Shown piece after piece: positions 60,915 to 64,000 of a stretch of 64,000 bases of DNA (positions are counted from its first letter, which is position 1; every line of letters begins with the position of its first letter). Position numbers and translations under genes: made by a program. The DNA is from Escherichia phage EO1, in the sequence record OQ223305.1; one strand, given 5' to 3'. The notes beneath the pieces are model-generated. The model did not search any database, was not told the DNA's origin, and saw nothing but the letters and a program-made list of their open reading frames with translations.

Positions 60915-62374
60915 TTCTTAAAATTCTGAATGAAATAGCATCTATTGGATCAACTAAGCAGAAGCAAGCAATTCTTGAAAAGAATAAAGATAATGAATTG
61001 CTTAAACGGGTATATCGTCTGACTTATTCTCGTGGGTTACAGTATTATATCAAGAAATGGCCTAAACCTGGTATTGCTACCCAGAGTTTTGGAATGCTGA
61101 CTATTACCGATATGCTTGACTTCATTGAATTCACGTTAGCTACTCGGAAATTGACCGGAAATGCTGCAATTGAGGAATTGACTGGATATATCACCGATGG
61201 TAAAAAGGATGATGTTGAAGTTTTGCGTCGAGTGATGATGCGAGACCTTGAATGCGGTGCTTCAGTATCTATTGCAAACAAAGTTTGGCCAGGTTTAATT
61301 CCTGAACAACCTCAAATGCTGGCAAGTTCTTATGATGAAAAGGGCATTAGTAAGAATATCAAATTTCCAGCCTTTGCACAGTTAAAAGCAGATGGAGCTC
61401 GGTGTTTTGCTGAAGTCCGAGGTGATGAATTAGATGATGTTCGTCTTTTATCACGAGCTGGTAATGAATATCTAGGATTAGATCTTCTTAAGGAAGAGTT
61501 AATCAAAATGACTGCTGAAGCCCGCCAGATTCATCCAGAAGGTGTGTTAATTGATGGCGAATTGGTATACCATGAGCAAGTTAAAAAGGAACCAGAAGGC
61601 CTAGATTTTCTTTTTGATGCTTATCCTGAAATTAGTAAAGCTAAAGAATTCGCCGAAGTAGCGGAATCTCGTACTACTTCTAATGGAATCGCCAATAAAT
61701 CCTTAAAAGGAACCATTTCTGAAAAAGAAGCTCAATGTATGAAGTTTCAGGTCTGGGATTATGTCCCGTTGGTAGAAATATATGGTCTTCCGGCGTTTCG
61801 TTTAAAATATGATGTACGTTTTTCTAAACTAGAACAAATGACATCAGGATATGATAAAGTAATTTTAATTGAAAACCAGGTAGTAAATAACCTAGATGAA
61901 GCTAAGGTAATTTATAAAAAGTATATTGACCAAGGTCTTGAAGGTATTATTCTCAAAAATACCGATGGATTGTGGGAAAATGCTCGTTCAAAAAATCTCT
62001 ATAAATTTAAAGAAGTAATTGATGTTGATTTAAAAATTGTAGGAATTTATCCTCACCGTAAAGACCCTACTAAAGCAGGTGGATTTATTCTTGAATCAGA
62101 GTGTGGAAAAATTAAAGTAAATGCTGGTTCAGGCTTAAAAGATAAAGCCGGTGTAAAATCACATGAACTTGACCGTACTCGCATTATGGAAAACCAAAAT
62201 TATTATATTGGAAAAATTCTAGAGTGCGAATGCAATGGTTGGTTAAAATCTGATGGCCGCGCCGATTATGTTAAATTATTTCTTCCGATTGCGATTCGTT
62301 TACGTGAAGATAAAACTAAAGCTAATACATTCGAGGATGTATTTGGTGATTTTCATGAGGTAACTGGTCTATGA
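60911..62374 (+). CDS. 30: ATP-dependent DNA ligase
   Basis: 487 aa; adenylation motif I LKADGARC; MILKILNEIASIGSTKQKQAILEKNKDNELLKRVYRLTY recognised as T4 ligase. Confidence 0.93.
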   Translation: MILKILNEIASIGSTKQKQAILEKNKDNELLKRVYRLTYSRGLQYYIKKWPKPGIATQSFGMLTITDMLDFIEFTLATRKLTGNAAIEELTGYITDGKKDDVEVLRRVMMRDLECGASVSIANKVWPGLIPEQPQMLASSYDEKGISKNIKFPAFAQLKADGARCFAEVRGDELDDVRLLSRAGNEYLGLDLLKEELIKMTAEARQIHPEGVLIDGELVYHEQVKKEPEGLDFLFDAYPEISKAKEFAEVAESRTTSNGIANKSLKGTISEKEAQCMKFQVWDYVPLVEIYGLPAFRLKYDVRFSKLEQMTSGYDKVILIENQVVNNLDEAKVIYKKYIDQGLEGIILKNTDGLWENARSKNLYKFKEVIDVDLKIVGIYPHRKDPTKAGGFILESECGKIKVNAGSGLKDKAGVKSHELDRTRIMENQNYYIGKILECECNGWLKSDGRADYVKLFLPIAIRLREDKTKANTFEDVFGDFHEVTGL

Positions 62375-62559
62375 AAGCTTACTTAGAAACAATTATCGTG
62401 GCTCAAAAAGAAGGTGGAGATGTTTCTACTTCTGTATCACAAATTATGATTGAATTTATAGATGCATATGCTTATAATAAATTTACAGAAACATTTGATG
62501 CCTACGAAAAAGGTCCAAAGTTTGAAATATATCGTACTCTATTACCAATAGATTATTAA
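62371..62559 (+). CDS. hypothetical protein, 62 aa
   Basis: ORF in track. Confidence 0.5.
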   Translation: MKAYLETIIVAQKEGGDVSTSVSQIMIEFIDAYAYNKFTETFDAYEKGPKFEIYRTLLPIDY

Positions 62560-62580
62560 AGGCCTTCGGGCCTTTAATTT
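62558..62580 (+). terminator. rho-independent terminator
   Basis: AAAGGCC-TTCG-GGCCTTT then TTTAATTT; same 18-mer as 14236. Confidence 0.65.
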
Positions 62581-62588
62581 TATAAATA
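62581..62588 (+). promoter_or_regulatory. T4 late promoter (TATAAATA) for alt
   Basis: exact TATAAATA about 24 nt upstream of alt ATG with GAGAGGA RBS. Confidence 0.6.
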
Positions 62589-62611
62589 GAATAAACACTA
62601 GAGAGGATATG

Positions 62612-64000
62612 ATGGAACTCATTACAGAATTATTTGACGAAGATACTACTCTTCCGATTACAAACTTAAATCCAAAGAAGAAAATACCACAAATTTTTTC
62701 AGTTCATGTTGATGATGCAATTGAACAACCAGGCTTTCGTTTATGTACCTATACATCTGGAGGTGATACTAATCGTGATTTAAAGATGGGCGATAAAATG
62801 ATGCATATTGTTCCTTTTACATTAACTGCTAAAGGTTCAATTGCTAAATTAAAAGGTCTTGGTCCAAGCCCGATTAATTATATCAATTCAGTTTTTACTG
62901 TTGCAATGCAAACAATGCGTCAATATAAAATTGATGCCTGTATGCTTCGTATTCTTAAGTCTAAAACTGCTGGCCAAGCTCGACAAATTCAAGTTATTGC
63001 TGATAGACTTATCCGTAGTCGTTCAGGTGGTAGATACGTCCTTCTTAAGGAACTCTGGGATTACGATAAAAAGTATGCATATATTCTTATACATCGCAAA
63101 AATGTATCACTAGAAGACATTCCAGGAGTTCCGGAAATTAGTACCGAGCTCTTTACTAAAGTTGAATCGAAAGTCGGTGATGTTTATATCAATAAAGATA
63201 CTGGAGCCCAAGTAACTAAAAATGAGGCAATTGCAGCATCAATTGCACAAGAAAATGATAAACGTTCTGACCAAGCCGTAATCGTTAAAGTTAAAATTTC
63301 CCGTAGAGCAATTGCACAAAGTCAGTCATTGGAATCTTCTAGATTTGAAAGTGAATTATTCCAGAAGTATGAATCTACAGCAGCTAATTTTAATAAACCA
63401 GCTACTGCACCTTTAATTCCCGAAGCAGAAGAAATGAAAATTGGAATTAATTCATTAGCTTCTAAAACAAAGGCAGCAAAAATTATTGCTGAAGGAACGG
63501 CAAATGAACTTCACTATGATTATAAATTCTTTCCAATGAGTCAAGTCGGTGAAGTTTCAGAAAAAATTAAAGAAGTAATTTTTAATGCAATTAAAAATGA
63601 ACCAACTACTTCAATAAAATGTTTAGAGAAATACGCAGCAGCTGTAAATCAATTCTTTGAAGATTATAAAGATAAATGGCTTGCTAATCATAATAAAAAT
63701 CGTAAAGGACAACCAGATGAAGTCTGGGAAGAAATAACTAAAAATTCCTGGAACGCAGCAAAAACTAAATTCCTCAAACGAATGATTTACAGTTTTTCTG
63801 GAATTGGTTCTGGTCCAATGATTGATATTACTATTGCCCGCGATGGTTCTAAATATACTCCATCACAAAAGCGTGGCATTAGAGAATATTGCGGTTCAGG
63901 ATATACTGACATCAATAATCTTCTTTTAGGTCGTTACAATCCAGAACGATATGATGTAATGAGTGAAAAAGAAATTGAATCTGCTATAAATAACTTAGAT
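62612..64000 (+). CDS. alt: Alt ADP-ribosyltransferase, 5'-partial (runs off window end)
   Basis: hand-translated MELITELFDEDTTLPITNLNPKKKIPQIFSVHVDD... open to window end (463 codons); not in track because no stop. Confidence 0.85.
   Translation, partial: MELITELFDEDTTLPITNLNPKKKIPQIFSVHVDDAIEQPGFRLCTYTSGGDTNRDLKMGDKMMHIVPFTLTAKGSIAKLKGLGPSPINYINSVFTVAMQTMRQYKIDACMLRILKSKTAGQARQIQVIADRLIRSRSGGRYVLLKELWDYDKKYAYILIHRKNVSLEDIPGVPEISTELFTKVESKVGDVYINKDTGAQVTKNEAIAASIAQENDKRSDQAVIVKVKISRRAIAQSQSLESSRFESELFQKYESTAANFNKPATAPLIPEAEEMKIGINSLASKTKAAKIIAEGTANELHYDYKFFPMSQVGEVSEKIKEVIFNAIKNEPTTSIKCLEKYAAAVNQFFEDYKDKWLANHNKNRKGQPDEVWEEITKNSWNAAKTKFLKRMIYSFSGIGSGPMIDITIARDGSKYTPSQKRGIREYCGSGYTDINNLLLGRYNPERYDVMSEKEIESAINNLD

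Overview
This window is a contiguous, densely packed stretch of a T4-like (T-even) myovirus genome, collinear with the T4 early region and long-tail-fibre module. Calls rest on reading the sequence and recognising motifs and T4 protein sequences from memory; no database search was run, so identities are family-level and motif/sub-60-aa ORF coordinates are hand-computed (expect +/-1-2 nt).

Gene order on the plus strand: sp, 61, 56, soc, modB/modA, srd-like, dda, frameshifted dexA, an accessory cluster, unsplit gene 39, rIIA.1/rIIA/rIIB, denB, ndd, ac, 52, motA, arn, asiA. The minus strand then carries holin t and tail-fibre genes 38, 37, 36, 35, 34. The plus strand resumes with rnh, dsbA, 33, 59, a GIY-YIG endonuclease, 32, frd, td, nrdA, an HNH endonuclease, nrdB, denA, rnlA, alc, spanins pseT.3/pseT.2, pseT, cd, 31, rIII, a 30.x accessory cluster, 30, and the start of alt running off the window.

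The phage is not T4 itself. Gene 39 is unsplit, td and nrdB have no introns, the 56-61 and 56-soc intervals are too short to hold the dam and segF(69) genes I recall at this locus in T4, gp38 is a T2-type glycine-rich adhesin, Soc is divergent, and an extra ORF sits between frd and td.

I did not find a clear novel multi-gene system. The most notable observations are: (1) dexA interrupted by a +1 frameshift in an A7 run; (2) a repeated ~45-bp early-promoter/leader cassette, one degenerate copy of which overlaps and alters the 3' end of gene 32; (3) a strong-RBS minus-strand membrane ORF where T4 has dam; (4) an uncharacterised ORF between frd and td; (5) NADAR-like and CxC..CHGD-motif proteins plus free-standing homing endonucleases; (6) a GC-rich untranslated region after rIII.
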